Part shown: positions 44,435 to 54,305 of the stretch, in pieces
How the letters are laid out: the number at the start of each line of letters is the position of its first letter
How positions within the stretch are numbered: the stretch's first letter is position 1
Notes under the pieces: model-generated
Databases searched by the model: none
The model's input: the letters and a program-made list of their open reading frames with translations, nothing else
What the model was told of the DNA's origin: nothing
Source of the DNA: an uncultured Lachnospiraceae bacterium
GTDB lineage: Bacteria > Bacillota > Clostridia > Lachnospirales > Lachnospiraceae
NCBI GenBank assembly: GCA_946558695.1
Contig: CAMNTQ010000004.1
Coordinates: 7,567 to 71,566, forward strand
Direction: 5' to 3'
Length of the DNA stretch: 64,000 nucleotides
Position numbers and translations under genes: made by a program

Positions 44435-45499
44435 ATGGAGAAAACAATGAAAGCGTTAAGAATGTATGCACCCGGTGATTTTCGCTATGAGGATGTACCG
44501 GTTCCGGAGATAGATGACGACGAGATTCTTGTAAAGATTGAAGGCTGCGGAATCTGCGCCGGAGACGTAAAGACGCTGCACGGCGGCGTGCGTATCTGGG
44601 GGACAACGCCTGAAAAGCGCTATATAGAAGCGCCGGTGATCGGCGGTCATGAGTTTGTGGGCCGTGTTGTGAAATATGGAAAGAATGTTACGGGGGTGAA
44701 AGAGGGGGACCGCATGGTTTCCGAGCAGATTGTACCTTGCGGCGAATGCCGGTTCTGTAAAGCGGGCTATTATTCTATGTGCCAGAGACATTACATATAC
44801 GGATTCAAGGAGGATACACAGGGCGGATTTGCCGAGTATATGAAGTTTAACAAGCAAGGAATCCATCATCATGTACCAGATGAACTGTCTTTGGAACAGG
44901 CGGTATTGATTGAGCCGCTGGCATGCGCGATGCATGCGGTAGAACGGGCGAAAGTGCAGCATAATGACGTAGTTGTTATCAGCGGACTTGGAGCGATAGG
45001 GCTTGGAATGGTCAGCGTGGCAAGAAAATTGCAGCCAAAACTGATCATAGGTCTGGATCTCAGACAAAAGCGAATGGATATGGCGATGAAGTGCGGGGCT
45101 GATCTGGTGCTGAACCCGATGGAAGTAAATGTAGGAGATAAGATCCGTGAGTTAACAGACGGATACGGATGCGATGTATATATTGAGGCTTCCGGCAGTG
45201 AGAAGAGTGTACTTCAGGGAATGGATGCGATCCGATTCTGCGGAAGATATGTGCAGTTCGGCGTATTTCCGAAAGCAATTACAGTAGATTGGAATGATAT
45301 CGGCGACGGTAAAGAGATAGAGATTTACGGTGCGCATCTGGCGCCTTACTGTTACGGACCGGTAATGAAAGGTATGGCAGACGGTTCTATCTATACAGAC
45401 GGACTGATATCCCATACCTTTAAAATGGAGGATTGGGAGAAAGCCTTTGAGGTGGCAGAGAAAGATCCGGATGCATTCAAAGTTATGCTGACACCATAG
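44435..45499 (+). CDS. Zinc-dependent polyol dehydrogenase (MDR family)
   Basis: GICAGD, GHEF, CGECRFC...C and GLGAIG. Confidence 0.88.
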   Translation: MEKTMKALRMYAPGDFRYEDVPVPEIDDDEILVKIEGCGICAGDVKTLHGGVRIWGTTPEKRYIEAPVIGGHEFVGRVVKYGKNVTGVKEGDRMVSEQIVPCGECRFCKAGYYSMCQRHYIYGFKEDTQGGFAEYMKFNKQGIHHHVPDELSLEQAVLIEPLACAMHAVERAKVQHNDVVVISGLGAIGLGMVSVARKLQPKLIIGLDLRQKRMDMAMKCGADLVLNPMEVNVGDKIRELTDGYGCDVYIEASGSEKSVLQGMDAIRFCGRYVQFGVFPKAITVDWNDIGDGKEIEIYGAHLAPYCYGPVMKGMADGSIYTDGLISHTFKMEDWEKAFEVAEKDPDAFKVMLTP

Positions 45500-45512
45500 A
45501 TTGGGATGATAT

Positions 45513-45538
45513 CGGGGGAGCATTTTGCTCCCCCGGTT
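45513..45538 (+). terminator. Terminator-like hairpin
   Basis: CGGGGGAGCA-TTT-TGCTCCCCCG; U-tail is weak. Confidence 0.7.
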
Positions 45539-45650
45539 ATGCGTGTTGGATTGTTCATGTGATATTTTCAGGAATGCAGCCATGTTCGGTCATAAGGTGA
45601 GTAACTTTTGATGATTTTTGTTTATTTGGCATTCAATTTCCTATGGTATG

Positions 45651-46694
45651 CTAAGTTTTTTGCCGGTATTTTGATGGAGTAGTACCGTATTTTTGCTGAA
45701 AGATTTTGTAGAAATAGCCTTTGTTGTGATAGCCTATGATTTCAGCGATTTCTTCTATTGTCTTGCCGGAAGTAAGCAGGAGATGTTCGGCCTTTTCCAG
45801 CCTGATCTGCTGGACGTAGGCAGAATAAGTAAGACCGGTCTTACCTTTTATCAGCCGGTTGAAGTAATCTTCTTGAAAATGGAAAGTGTCGGCAAGAGAC
45901 TGAATCGTGACATCTGCGTAATGTCTTCTGATATATGCGGATACTTCCTCGAAGATCAGCCAGTTCATTGTTTTTTTCTGTTCTTTGGACAGTGAAAAAT
46001 CGTACTTTGTGCTTATGATCCCGAAGATGCGCAGAAGGAGTCCCTTGCAGATGTGCCGGGAGCCGGTCTTGCCGCTGAACAGTTCGTTTAAAAGCCAGAA
46101 GAGGCAGTCTTCTAATTCACGGGACTCATGTCCGTTTGGCTTAAAGTGCAGGTATTGCTGCAGATCCTTCTGTTTGAGAAGGGCAGACTGCAAAAAAGAA
46201 GTGATTTTCTGTGTTGTAACATTTTCATCCATGATTTCATAAAACATATCATTTGAAATTCCCAAAAAAAGAATAGTGGCAGGCTGTGAAAACAGGTAAT
46301 CCTGATGAAAGCAGTTCTTGTCGATGAGACATAGTTCGCCTTTTGAGAATGTGATGTCATTCCCGAGGATACGCTGGCGGAATTTACCGTCTATAATGTA
46401 GGCAAGCTCGATATAGTCATGAGTGTGGAGCTGTGTTTTTTCACCGTTTTTAAAATGATAGCAACAGCAAAAAGGCTCCGGGGACGGGTACATGGAAGCA
46501 TAAAGTTTTTGCGGGGGATCTGTACACCAGCAAAGGGCAAAAATCCGTTCTTCCTGTAAAAGGGGATAAGTCTTTACATCCTGAACGGATTTTGAATATT
46601 CCGGGCAGATGAGACGCGAATTCAGCTTGTGTTCCGGAGGCAGGAGAAATTTGTGATTTTTTGTGATCTGGCGGCATAATTCCAGAAGTGTCAT
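45651..46694 (-). CDS. AraC-family regulator with cupin domain, divergent from araA
   Basis: LHTHDYIEL cupin motif; HTH IGYHNKGYFY; AAAGGAG RBS before ATG 46694. Confidence 0.9.
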   Translation of the reverse strand: MTLLELCRQITKNHKFLLPPEHKLNSRLICPEYSKSVQDVKTYPLLQEERIFALCWCTDPPQKLYASMYPSPEPFCCCYHFKNGEKTQLHTHDYIELAYIIDGKFRQRILGNDITFSKGELCLIDKNCFHQDYLFSQPATILFLGISNDMFYEIMDENVTTQKITSFLQSALLKQKDLQQYLHFKPNGHESRELEDCLFWLLNELFSGKTGSRHICKGLLLRIFGIISTKYDFSLSKEQKKTMNWLIFEEVSAYIRRHYADVTIQSLADTFHFQEDYFNRLIKGKTGLTYSAYVQQIRLEKAEHLLLTSGKTIEEIAEIIGYHNKGYFYKIFQQKYGTTPSKYRQKT

Positions 46695-46985
46695 GGAGGC
46701 TCCTTTCATCATATCTAATGTTCAGGCAATTGCAAAATTCTAATTTGCCAGTACCACCGAATTTCGCAATCGCCTATATCTGATATAAATGATTGTAACT
46801 CTTTGGAAAAGGTAATACAATAGTTAATTATATCCCGGCATCATGAAAAAGGTCGGATTAGGTAACTTTTTTGAGATGCAGGCAGAGTTAGGGAATTGAA
46901 AAGAAATAAGGTTTTTTTATAATAAGAGTTAGAAGCTTGGAAAACGGATAAAAGCAAATTAATTGAAAAAGGAGAACAAAAAATT

Positions 46986-48485
46986 ATGATGGAGATGAAA
47001 AAATATCAGTTTTGGTTTTGTACCGGTTCGCAGGACTTATATGGGGATGAGTGTCTTGCGCATGTGGCAGAGCATTCAAAGATTATTGTTGAGGCGCTCA
47101 ACAAATCCGGGAACCTTCCTTTTGAATTGGTCTGGAAACCGACATTGATCACCAATGAACTGATCAGGAGGACATTCAATGAGGCGAATACGGATGAAAA
47201 CTGTGCTGGGGTTATCACATGGATGCATACATTTTCGCCTGCAAAGTCATGGATCTTAGGGCTTCAGGAATTTAGAAAACCGCTGCTCCATCTGCACACG
47301 CAGTTCAATAGAGAGATTCCATATGACACCATTGACATGGACTTCATGAATGAGAATCAGGCGGCTCACGGAGACAGAGAGTACGGCCACATCTTCAGCC
47401 GTCTTGGCATGGAGCGCAAAGTGATCATGGGTTACTGGGAAGACGAAGATGTACAGAAGCGGATTGGTTCTTGGATGCGTACCGCGATCGGCGTGATCGA
47501 GAGCAGCCATCTCCGTGTTATGAGAATTGCTGATAATATGAGAAATGTTGCGGTAACCGAAGGTGACAAGGTAGAGGCACAGATCAAATTCGGATGGGAA
47601 ATCGATGCTTATCCGGTAAATGAGATTGCAGAGGCAGTAGGTGCTGTGTCTCAGGGTGATATCAATACGCTTGTTGAGGAGTATTATGATAAATATGAGA
47701 TACTTCTGGAAGGCAGAGATGAGAAGGAGTTCCGTGAGCATGCAGCCGTACAGGCAGGAATCGAGATTGGCTTTGAGAGATTCCTTGAGGAAAAAAATTG
47801 CCATGCGATCGTTACTCACTTTGGGGATCTGGGCGCACTTAAGCAGCTTCCGGGACTTGCGATCCAGAGATTGATGGAAAAGGGGTACGGATTCGGCGGC
47901 GAAGGCGACTGGAAAACGGCGGCTATGGTCCGCGTCATGAAGCTTATGACACAGGGCATGAAAGATGCAAAGGGAACTTCATTTATGGAGGATTACACCT
48001 ATAATCTCGTTCCGGGCAAAGAAGGTATCCTGCAGGCGCATATGCTTGAGGTGTGTCCGTCAATCGCAGACGGTAAGATCAGCATCAAAGAGCAGCCGCT
48101 TTCCATGGGCGACAGAGAAGATCCGGCAAGGCTGGTATTTACTTCGAAGACTGGGCCGGCAGTCGCGACATCCCTGATCGACCTTGGCGACAGATTCCGC
48201 TTGATCATCAACGATGTGGAGTGCAAGAAGAATGAAAAGCCGATGCCAAAGCTTCCTGTAGCGACAGCATTCTGGACGCCGCAGCCGAACCTTAAGACCG
48301 GAGCGGAAGCATGGATCTTAGCAGGCGGCGCACATCATACGGCATTTTCCTATGACCTTACGTCGGAGCAGATGGGCGACTGGGCCGCGGCTATGGGAAT
48401 TGAGGCGGTATACATCGATAAGGATACGACGATCCGGCAGTTTAAGAATGAGCTTCTTTGGAACAGTATTGCATACCGCAAGTAA
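46986..48485 (+). CDS. araA: L-arabinose isomerase
   Basis: GSQDLYG, WMHTFSPAK, HGDRE, GEGDWK, SFMEDY, AHMLE and GGAHH. Confidence 0.97.
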   Translation: MMEMKKYQFWFCTGSQDLYGDECLAHVAEHSKIIVEALNKSGNLPFELVWKPTLITNELIRRTFNEANTDENCAGVITWMHTFSPAKSWILGLQEFRKPLLHLHTQFNREIPYDTIDMDFMNENQAAHGDREYGHIFSRLGMERKVIMGYWEDEDVQKRIGSWMRTAIGVIESSHLRVMRIADNMRNVAVTEGDKVEAQIKFGWEIDAYPVNEIAEAVGAVSQGDINTLVEEYYDKYEILLEGRDEKEFREHAAVQAGIEIGFERFLEEKNCHAIVTHFGDLGALKQLPGLAIQRLMEKGYGFGGEGDWKTAAMVRVMKLMTQGMKDAKGTSFMEDYTYNLVPGKEGILQAHMLEVCPSIADGKISIKEQPLSMGDREDPARLVFTSKTGPAVATSLIDLGDRFRLIINDVECKKNEKPMPKLPVATAFWTPQPNLKTGAEAWILAGGAHHTAFSYDLTSEQMGDWAAAMGIEAVYIDKDTTIRQFKNELLWNSIAYRK

Positions 48486-48544
48486 TTAATGGCATAAAGC
48501 GATGGAGATAAATGAGCGGATACCATATAAAGGAGGCAGGTTGT

Positions 48545-50149
48545 ATGGGGAACAAAGATGAGGTAAAAACGATGATTGAGAGCGGAAGGACGGCTCTGGG
48601 ACTGGAGTTTGGGTCTACGCGGATCAAGGCGGTGCTTGTAGATGAAGAGCACAATCCGATAGCTTCCGGAGACCATGAGTGGGAGAACCGGCTGGAAAAT
48701 GGGTTCTGGACCTATTCTCTTGACGATATCTGGACGGGACTTAAAGACAGCTACAAGAAACTGGTTAGCGATGTTGAGGAGAAATACGGGGCCGGTCTTA
48801 CAACGATCGGGGCGATTGGATTCAGCGCCATGATGCACGGATATATGGCATTTGATAAGGACGGGAGGCTTCTTGTTCCCTTCCGTACATGGAGAAATTC
48901 CACGACCGGACCGGCGGCGGAAGCGTTGACGGAGCTTTTCCAGTATAATATTCCGCAGAGATGGAGCATTTCTCATCTGTATCAGGCGGTCCTGAATGGG
49001 GAAGAGCATGTGAAGGATGTAGCGTACATTACTACGTTGGCAGGGTATATCCACTGGCAGCTTACCGGGGAGAAGGTCCTCGGCGTGGGCGATGCTTCCG
49101 GTATGTTTCCGATTGATCCAAAGACAAAGGACTTCGATGCGGCGATGGTTGAGAAATTCGATACACTTGTGGCTGACAAAAATTACCCGTGGAAGCTCAA
49201 GGAGATTCTGCCGAAGGTATTGGCCGCAGGCGAGAATGCGGGGACTTTGACGGAGGAAGGAGCGAAGCTTCTTGATGAGAGCGGTACATTGGAAGCCGGG
49301 ATACCGCTCTGTCCGCCGGAAGGCGACGCGGGAACGGGTATGGCAGCGACCAACAGTGTTGCAAAGCGTACGGGCAATGTATCTGCCGGAACTTCCGTGT
49401 TTGCAATGGTGGTATTGGAAAAGGAACTGAAAAAAGTATACCCGGAGATTGATCTTGTGACGACGCCCGACGGAAGCCTTGTAGGTATGGTTCATGCCAA
49501 TAATTGTACCTCAGACTTGAACGCATGGGTTGGGCTTTTCAAGGAATTTGCGGAGAATTTCGGTATCGATGTAGACATGAATAAGTTGTTCGGATCATTA
49601 TATAATAAAGCGCTTGAAGGTGATGCGGACTGCGGCGGGTTGTTGTCCTACGGATATCTCTCCGGTGAAAATATTACCAATGTGACAGAGGGAAGACCGA
49701 TGTTCGTAAGGTCGCCTAAGAGTAACTTCAATCTGGCCAACTTTATGAGAGTACATCTGTTCACGGCCCTTGGCGCGCTTAAGGTTGGGATGGATATTCT
49801 TCTTAAAGAAGAGCATGTAGAGATTGACTCTATCCTCGGACACGGGGGATTGTTCAAGACGAAAGGTGTAGGACAGAGTATTCTTGCGGCAGCGATCGAT
49901 GCGCCGGTATCCGTTATGGAGACGGCAGGGGAGGGCGGCCCGTGGGGAATGGCGCTTCTTGCTTCCTATATGCTCCGTAAAGATGAGGATGAGACGCTTC
50001 AGGATTATCTGGCAGATAAAGTATTTGCGGGGAATGCAGGTACGAGTATGGCGCCGGATCCGAAAGATGTGGAAGGCTTTGAAGTCTTTATCGAGAGATA
50101 CAAAAAAGGCGTGGCGATTGAGCAGGCGGCAGCAGAGTATCTGATATAA
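48545..50149 (+). CDS. araB: FGGY carbohydrate kinase; L-ribulokinase by context
   Basis: [25 protein letters not shown] and HGGLFKT; lies between araA and araD. Confidence 0.8.
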   Translation: MGNKDEVKTMIESGRTALGLEFGSTRIKAVLVDEEHNPIASGDHEWENRLENGFWTYSLDDIWTGLKDSYKKLVSDVEEKYGAGLTTIGAIGFSAMMHGYMAFDKDGRLLVPFRTWRNSTTGPAAEALTELFQYNIPQRWSISHLYQAVLNGEEHVKDVAYITTLAGYIHWQLTGEKVLGVGDASGMFPIDPKTKDFDAAMVEKFDTLVADKNYPWKLKEILPKVLAAGENAGTLTEEGAKLLDESGTLEAGIPLCPPEGDAGTGMAATNSVAKRTGNVSAGTSVFAMVVLEKELKKVYPEIDLVTTPDGSLVGMVHANNCTSDLNAWVGLFKEFAENFGIDVDMNKLFGSLYNKALEGDADCGGLLSYGYLSGENITNVTEGRPMFVRSPKSNFNLANFMRVHLFTALGALKVGMDILLKEEHVEIDSILGHGGLFKTKGVGQSILAAAIDAPVSVMETAGEGGPWGMALLASYMLRKDEDETLQDYLADKVFAGNAGTSMAPDPKDVEGFEVFIERYKKGVAIEQAAAEYLI

Positions 50150-50179
50150 AAAGTTTTTTGTTAAAGGAGATGTTTAAAA

Positions 50180-50884
50180 ATGCTTGAAGAACTGAAAAAA
50201 GAAGTGTACGAAGCAAACATGCTGCTCCCGAAACATAATCTTGTGACCTTCACATGGGGGAATGTAAGCGGAATTGACCGTGGAAAGGGGCTCTTTGTCA
50301 TTAAACCAAGCGGCGTTGATTATGAAAAACTAAAGCCGGAGGATATGGTTGTGGTAGATTTAGAAGGTAATAAGGTGGAAGGAGCTTATAATCCGTCTTC
50401 TGATACGGCAACTCATGCAGTGCTTTACAACCGGTTTCCTAATATCGGCGGCGTGGTGCATACCCATTCGCCGTGGGCGACAAGCTGGGCGCAGGCAGGC
50501 AGGGGGATTCCGTGTTATGGAACAACCCATGCGGATTATCTTTACGGTGAGGTGCCTTGTGTACGTAATCTCACACAGGAAGAGATTGATGAAGCCTATG
50601 AGAAAAATACAGGCATATTGATCGCGGATGATTTTGAGGCGAAGAATATTGATTATGAGGCAATGCCGGCAGTACTCTGTAAAAACCACGGTCCGTTTAC
50701 ATGGGGGAAGGATGCTGATGAAGCAGTCCACAATGCGGTGGTACTTGAGGAAGTAGCTAAGATGGCGGCAAGGTGCGAGATGATCAATCCGCAGAATCAA
50801 CCGGCGCCGCAGGAGCTGCAGGATAAGCACTATTACAGAAAGCACGGAGCAAATGCTTATTACGGACAGACACAGCAAATATAA
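50180..50884 (+). CDS. araD: L-ribulose-5-phosphate 4-epimerase
   Basis: FTWGNVS, IKPSG, PSSDT, VHTHS, GTTHAD and [11 protein letters not shown]. Confidence 0.97.
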   Translation: MLEELKKEVYEANMLLPKHNLVTFTWGNVSGIDRGKGLFVIKPSGVDYEKLKPEDMVVVDLEGNKVEGAYNPSSDTATHAVLYNRFPNIGGVVHTHSPWATSWAQAGRGIPCYGTTHADYLYGEVPCVRNLTQEEIDEAYEKNTGILIADDFEAKNIDYEAMPAVLCKNHGPFTWGKDADEAVHNAVVLEEVAKMAARCEMINPQNQPAPQELQDKHYYRKHGANAYYGQTQQI

Positions 50885-50890
50885 ATTGAT

Positions 50891-50919
50891 TTGACAAATA
50901 TATAACATGGAGTTATAAT
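50891..50919 (+). promoter_or_regulatory. Consensus sigma-A promoter
   Basis: TTGACA-N17-TATAAT. Confidence 0.9.
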
Positions 50920-50920
50920 T

Positions 50921-51004
50921 TTCTTAAATAGAGACTGCGGTCTCTAACTTTAAGAAGTCGGGCGAAAGGCAAAACGGTCATTTATCTGGCTGTTTTGCCT
51001 TTTG
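50921..51004 (+). promoter_or_regulatory. Structured leader: operator-like palindrome plus terminator-like hairpin
   Basis: TAGAGAC-TGCG-GTCTCTA flanked by TTCTTAAA/TTTAAGAA; then AAGGCAAAACGGTC...GGCTGTTTTGCCTT and TT before the RBS. Confidence 0.55.
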
Positions 51005-51024
51005 TTATGAAAAGGAGGGATTTT

Positions 51025-52428
51025 ATGCAACAACTAATTGCAAAACCGAGTCTGTTAATCTTTGTTGTCATCTATGTTATTATGCTGGTAGTAGTAGGAG
51101 CTTACTATTCACGGAAAGCAAAGACAAGCGATGAGTTTGTGCGGGCAGGAGGCGGACTTGGATCGATTGTGCTGATGGGTACATTTCTGGCGACATTTAC
51201 AGGAAATGGAACGATCTCCGGGGGCGGAAATTCGCTGGCGTATACCTATGGATTGTGGCCTGGAATCTTCTTTGCAGTTCCATCTCTGGCGGGAGTTGTC
51301 GTGCTGTTTCTTCTGGCAGGGAAGATTCGGCAGTCGGATTCTTTTACGGTAGCGGGGCTTTTGGAGAATAAGTACGGCCATACTGCAAGAACTCTGTCGG
51401 GTATTATCATTGCTCTGTCCATGATTTCTATCTGTGCATATCAGTATAAGGGATTGGCATATGTTCTGAATGTGACAACGGGCATGGATGTAGGCATTGC
51501 GACGGCGCTTTCGGCAGTTCTTATCATTTTCCTTGCGATGTCCGGAGGGTTGAAATCAGTAGCGGTAACAGATGCGCTCAGCGCTTTTATCATGCTTGTG
51601 GGAATTGTTGCGGCAACCCCGCTGGTTATTAAAAGTGCAGGCGGATGGGACAATGTGATCTCTACGGCGGCTGCAGCGAACCCGGACAGCCTTACATTCA
51701 GCGGCGGACAGACCGTGGCGGGATTTTTATCTGGATATCTGCCTCTGTTTTTCCTGTCGATCGGTGATCAGAATCTCTATCAGAGAATTGCGGCAGGTAA
51801 CGGTGACAAAACTGTTAAGAAGGGTTTTGTGGGCTGGTTTGTCGGATTAGTAGTAGTTGTACCGCTGGTAGCGGTAATCGCATTTTCTGCAAAGACTATT
51901 TTTGGGGATAATATTGATGCAGCTATGGCGTTCATGTCTACGACTACGGTAATCCCGACTTTTGCAGGCGGACTTTTACTCGCGGCGGCGACAGCATTTA
52001 TCATTACTACAGGAGATTCCTATCTGTTATCAGGCGCCACGAATATTACATATGATGTCTACGCAGACAGGATCAATCCGAATGCTACCGACCATCAGAA
52101 GTTTGTATTTACAAGAGGGACGATACTTGTAACAGGAGTTCTTGCGTATATTCTGCTTCAGTTTTTCCCAACAGTGCTGGCAATTCAGTATTGGTCCTAT
52201 ACGATATACGGCGCAGGTATTTCTCCCGCCCTTATCGGCGCACTTTGCTGGAAGAAGGTAACAAAGATGGGCGGTATCGCTTCGATGGTAGTTGGAACTG
52301 CCGTGACCATTGTATATGAAGCTATGGGTCAGCCTCTTGGTATCGCTACAGTGTTGATTGCAGTTCCGGTTGCAACGGTCGTATTGATTGTAGTGTCTCT
52401 TGCCACACAGGGACAAAATAAGAATTAA
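51025..52428 (+). CDS. Sodium:solute symporter (SSS) family protein
   Basis: About 13 TM helices, GGLKSVAVTD and DQNLYQR; AGGAGG RBS. Confidence 0.9.
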   Translation: MQQLIAKPSLLIFVVIYVIMLVVVGAYYSRKAKTSDEFVRAGGGLGSIVLMGTFLATFTGNGTISGGGNSLAYTYGLWPGIFFAVPSLAGVVVLFLLAGKIRQSDSFTVAGLLENKYGHTARTLSGIIIALSMISICAYQYKGLAYVLNVTTGMDVGIATALSAVLIIFLAMSGGLKSVAVTDALSAFIMLVGIVAATPLVIKSAGGWDNVISTAAAANPDSLTFSGGQTVAGFLSGYLPLFFLSIGDQNLYQRIAAGNGDKTVKKGFVGWFVGLVVVVPLVAVIAFSAKTIFGDNIDAAMAFMSTTTVIPTFAGGLLLAAATAFIITTGDSYLLSGATNITYDVYADRINPNATDHQKFVFTRGTILVTGVLAYILLQFFPTVLAIQYWSYTIYGAGISPALIGALCWKKVTKMGGIASMVVGTAVTIVYEAMGQPLGIATVLIAVPVATVVLIVVSLATQGQNKN

Positions 52429-52450
52429 GAAAGAAATGGGGAATCATAAA

Positions 52451-53737
52451 ATGAAGGATGATAAGCTGATATTTATTATTTGCGGAAAGCTTTATAATGG
52501 AATTGATCCGGAATTTAAAGAGAACTATAAGATTTTGGTGAAAAATGATAAGATTGAAGCAATCGGTACGGATATCATACGGCCGGAATCAGCAGAAGTC
52601 ATTGACTTGTCCGATGCAACGGTGACGCCGGGCATGATCGATGCGCATATGCATATGGATTATTATGACTGGCATCATATACGGGAAGAAGTTTATTCGA
52701 CGTCGGAGGAGGCGAAGACAATCGCGATCGTCCGTACTGCTAAGAAATCCTTGTCCCGCGGTTTTACGACGGTCCGCCATACAGGGGGAATCAATTCCAA
52801 CGGCTTCGGCGTTCTGGATGTGAAGCGCGCGATTGAAAAGGGATACCTTACGGGCAGCAGAATTGTAGCAACGCCGCGTTTCTTATGTGCGGCTGGAAGT
52901 CATGGGGATCTGTCACAAGGGTTTTCAAGGAATCCGGAACTGTCTCAGATCATGCAGAATTTGCGTCTGACACTTGGCTCCGGTAAAGATTTCTTTGTAA
53001 ATGCAGTGCGTGAAGAGATTAAGTACGGTGCGGATTTTATTAAGATTATGGCGACAGGCGGATTCTTTACACCGAATGACAATCCGGCGCAGCAGCAGCT
53101 GAATGATGAAGAGATGGAAGCGATCATGACGACGGCGCATGAGTGGGGCAAGACTGTCACCGCCCATGTATACAGTCCGAATCATATGCAGAAGCTTGTG
53201 AAATACGGCATTGACGGTATGGAGCACTGTTCTCTGATGGACGAAGAAACTGCGCAGATGATCGTTGATCACAATGTCTATGTTGTACCTACGTTCTGCC
53301 CGTATGAAGAGGCGGTTCATTATGATCCGATAGGAATTAAAGATAAGCAGCCGGAATTTCGGGCGAAGCTTGAGTATTATAAAGATGCGCTCCAGGCAGG
53401 GCGGGAAATGATAAGAAAATGCAAATGCAAGCTCGGTTATGGAACTGACTTTGTTGCGAATCATCAGAATTATGAGAGCGGATATGAGTTTAAAGCGTGG
53501 ATGGAAAGTGACATGGGGACATTCAGAACCCTTCAGGCTGCGACAAAGACGAATTCAGAGATTCTTCAGTTAGATGATAAGATCGGAACGCTTGAGGCTG
53601 GAAAATTGGCTGATATCTCCGCGTGGAAGAGAGATCTGATGACAGACCCGTATGCGCTCCTTGATTGTGCATTTGTCATGAAAGAAGGAGTTGTGTATCC
53701 TACAGAGAGATGTGAAGATCTGCCGGAAGGTATTTAA
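52451..53737 (+). CDS. Metal-dependent amidohydrolase (Xaa-Pro dipeptidase-like subgroup)
   Basis: PGMIDAHMH, GFTTVR, GADFIKIMATGG, AH, EH, GTD and GTLEAGKLAD. Confidence 0.9.
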   Translation: MKDDKLIFIICGKLYNGIDPEFKENYKILVKNDKIEAIGTDIIRPESAEVIDLSDATVTPGMIDAHMHMDYYDWHHIREEVYSTSEEAKTIAIVRTAKKSLSRGFTTVRHTGGINSNGFGVLDVKRAIEKGYLTGSRIVATPRFLCAAGSHGDLSQGFSRNPELSQIMQNLRLTLGSGKDFFVNAVREEIKYGADFIKIMATGGFFTPNDNPAQQQLNDEEMEAIMTTAHEWGKTVTAHVYSPNHMQKLVKYGIDGMEHCSLMDEETAQMIVDHNVYVVPTFCPYEEAVHYDPIGIKDKQPEFRAKLEYYKDALQAGREMIRKCKCKLGYGTDFVANHQNYESGYEFKAWMESDMGTFRTLQAATKTNSEILQLDDKIGTLEAGKLADISAWKRDLMTDPYALLDCAFVMKEGVVYPTERCEDLPEGI

Positions 53738-53770
53738 AAACGTTATTTAAAATGAAAAGTAATTTAAACG

Positions 53771-53799
53771 GGAGGAGCATTTGCTCCTCCTGATCTTTT
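53771..53799 (+). terminator. Intrinsic terminator
   Basis: GGAGGAGCA-TT-TGCTCCTCC followed by a T-rich tail. Confidence 0.7.
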
Positions 53800-53844
53800 C
53801 TTGCAGGCAATGATTGGGTGTATTTCCGGTGTGTTTTTGCAATT

Positions 53845-53931
53845 TAAAAGGACTGCATATGGGAGGTGTGCAGTCCTGAGGAAAAAGTTATGAAAAAGAA
53901 TTATTTGTGTTCGAATCATTTCTTCGAACAA
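53845..53931 (-). ncRNA. Candidate small regulatory RNA with an anti-RBS/anti-start-codon segment
   Basis: Minus strand: TATACT/TATAAT -10 near 53931-53941, 5' hairpin UGUUCGAA...UUCGAACA, single-stranded UUCUUUUUCAUAACUUUUUCCUC, terminator AGGACUGCACA-CCUCCCA-UAUGCAGUCCU then UUU. Confidence 0.55.
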
Positions 53932-54162
53932 TTATAGTATACGCAAAAACTGTGATAAAAATGTGTTGAAAATAAGAAATAATTGTTAACAAAAATCTTT
54001 TGACCTTAACGTTAGATTGTATTATGCTGATATCGTATCAGAATAATCGAAGATTCTGAGTTTCCAATCTGGGATTTTTGTCATGGCATTTTTTTAGAGA
54101 ACGATGTAGTGCGCCCAATCCGTTTGCTGTGTGAGAATCTTTATCCGATTTAAAAAGGGTGG

Positions 54163-54267
54163 CTTGAGAATGAGCAGCGTCTGAGCACATTAGAAGAGGA
54201 TGCTGCTGTTATTAAGACGGTTGTGAAAAAGCATAGTGAAAGTATACATATATTACAGCGGGCATAG
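54163..54267 (+). pseudogene. 3' remnant of a small coiled-coil protein gene
   Basis: LENEQRLSTLEEDAAVIKTVVKKHSESIHILQRA* with no start or RBS and an upstream in-frame stop; followed by a hairpin. Confidence 0.4.
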
Positions 54268-54270
54268 AAG

Positions 54271-54293
54271 TGGAGGAGCGAAGCGCTCCTCCA
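54271..54293. terminator. Bidirectional terminator hairpin
   Basis: TGGAGGAGCG-AAG-CGCTCCTCCA. Confidence 0.75.
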
Positions 54294-54305
54294 TTTATAA
54301 ATGAG

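Noticed and set aside
48350-49495. 381-aa minus-strand ORF
   Set aside because: Antisense shadow of the kinase gene
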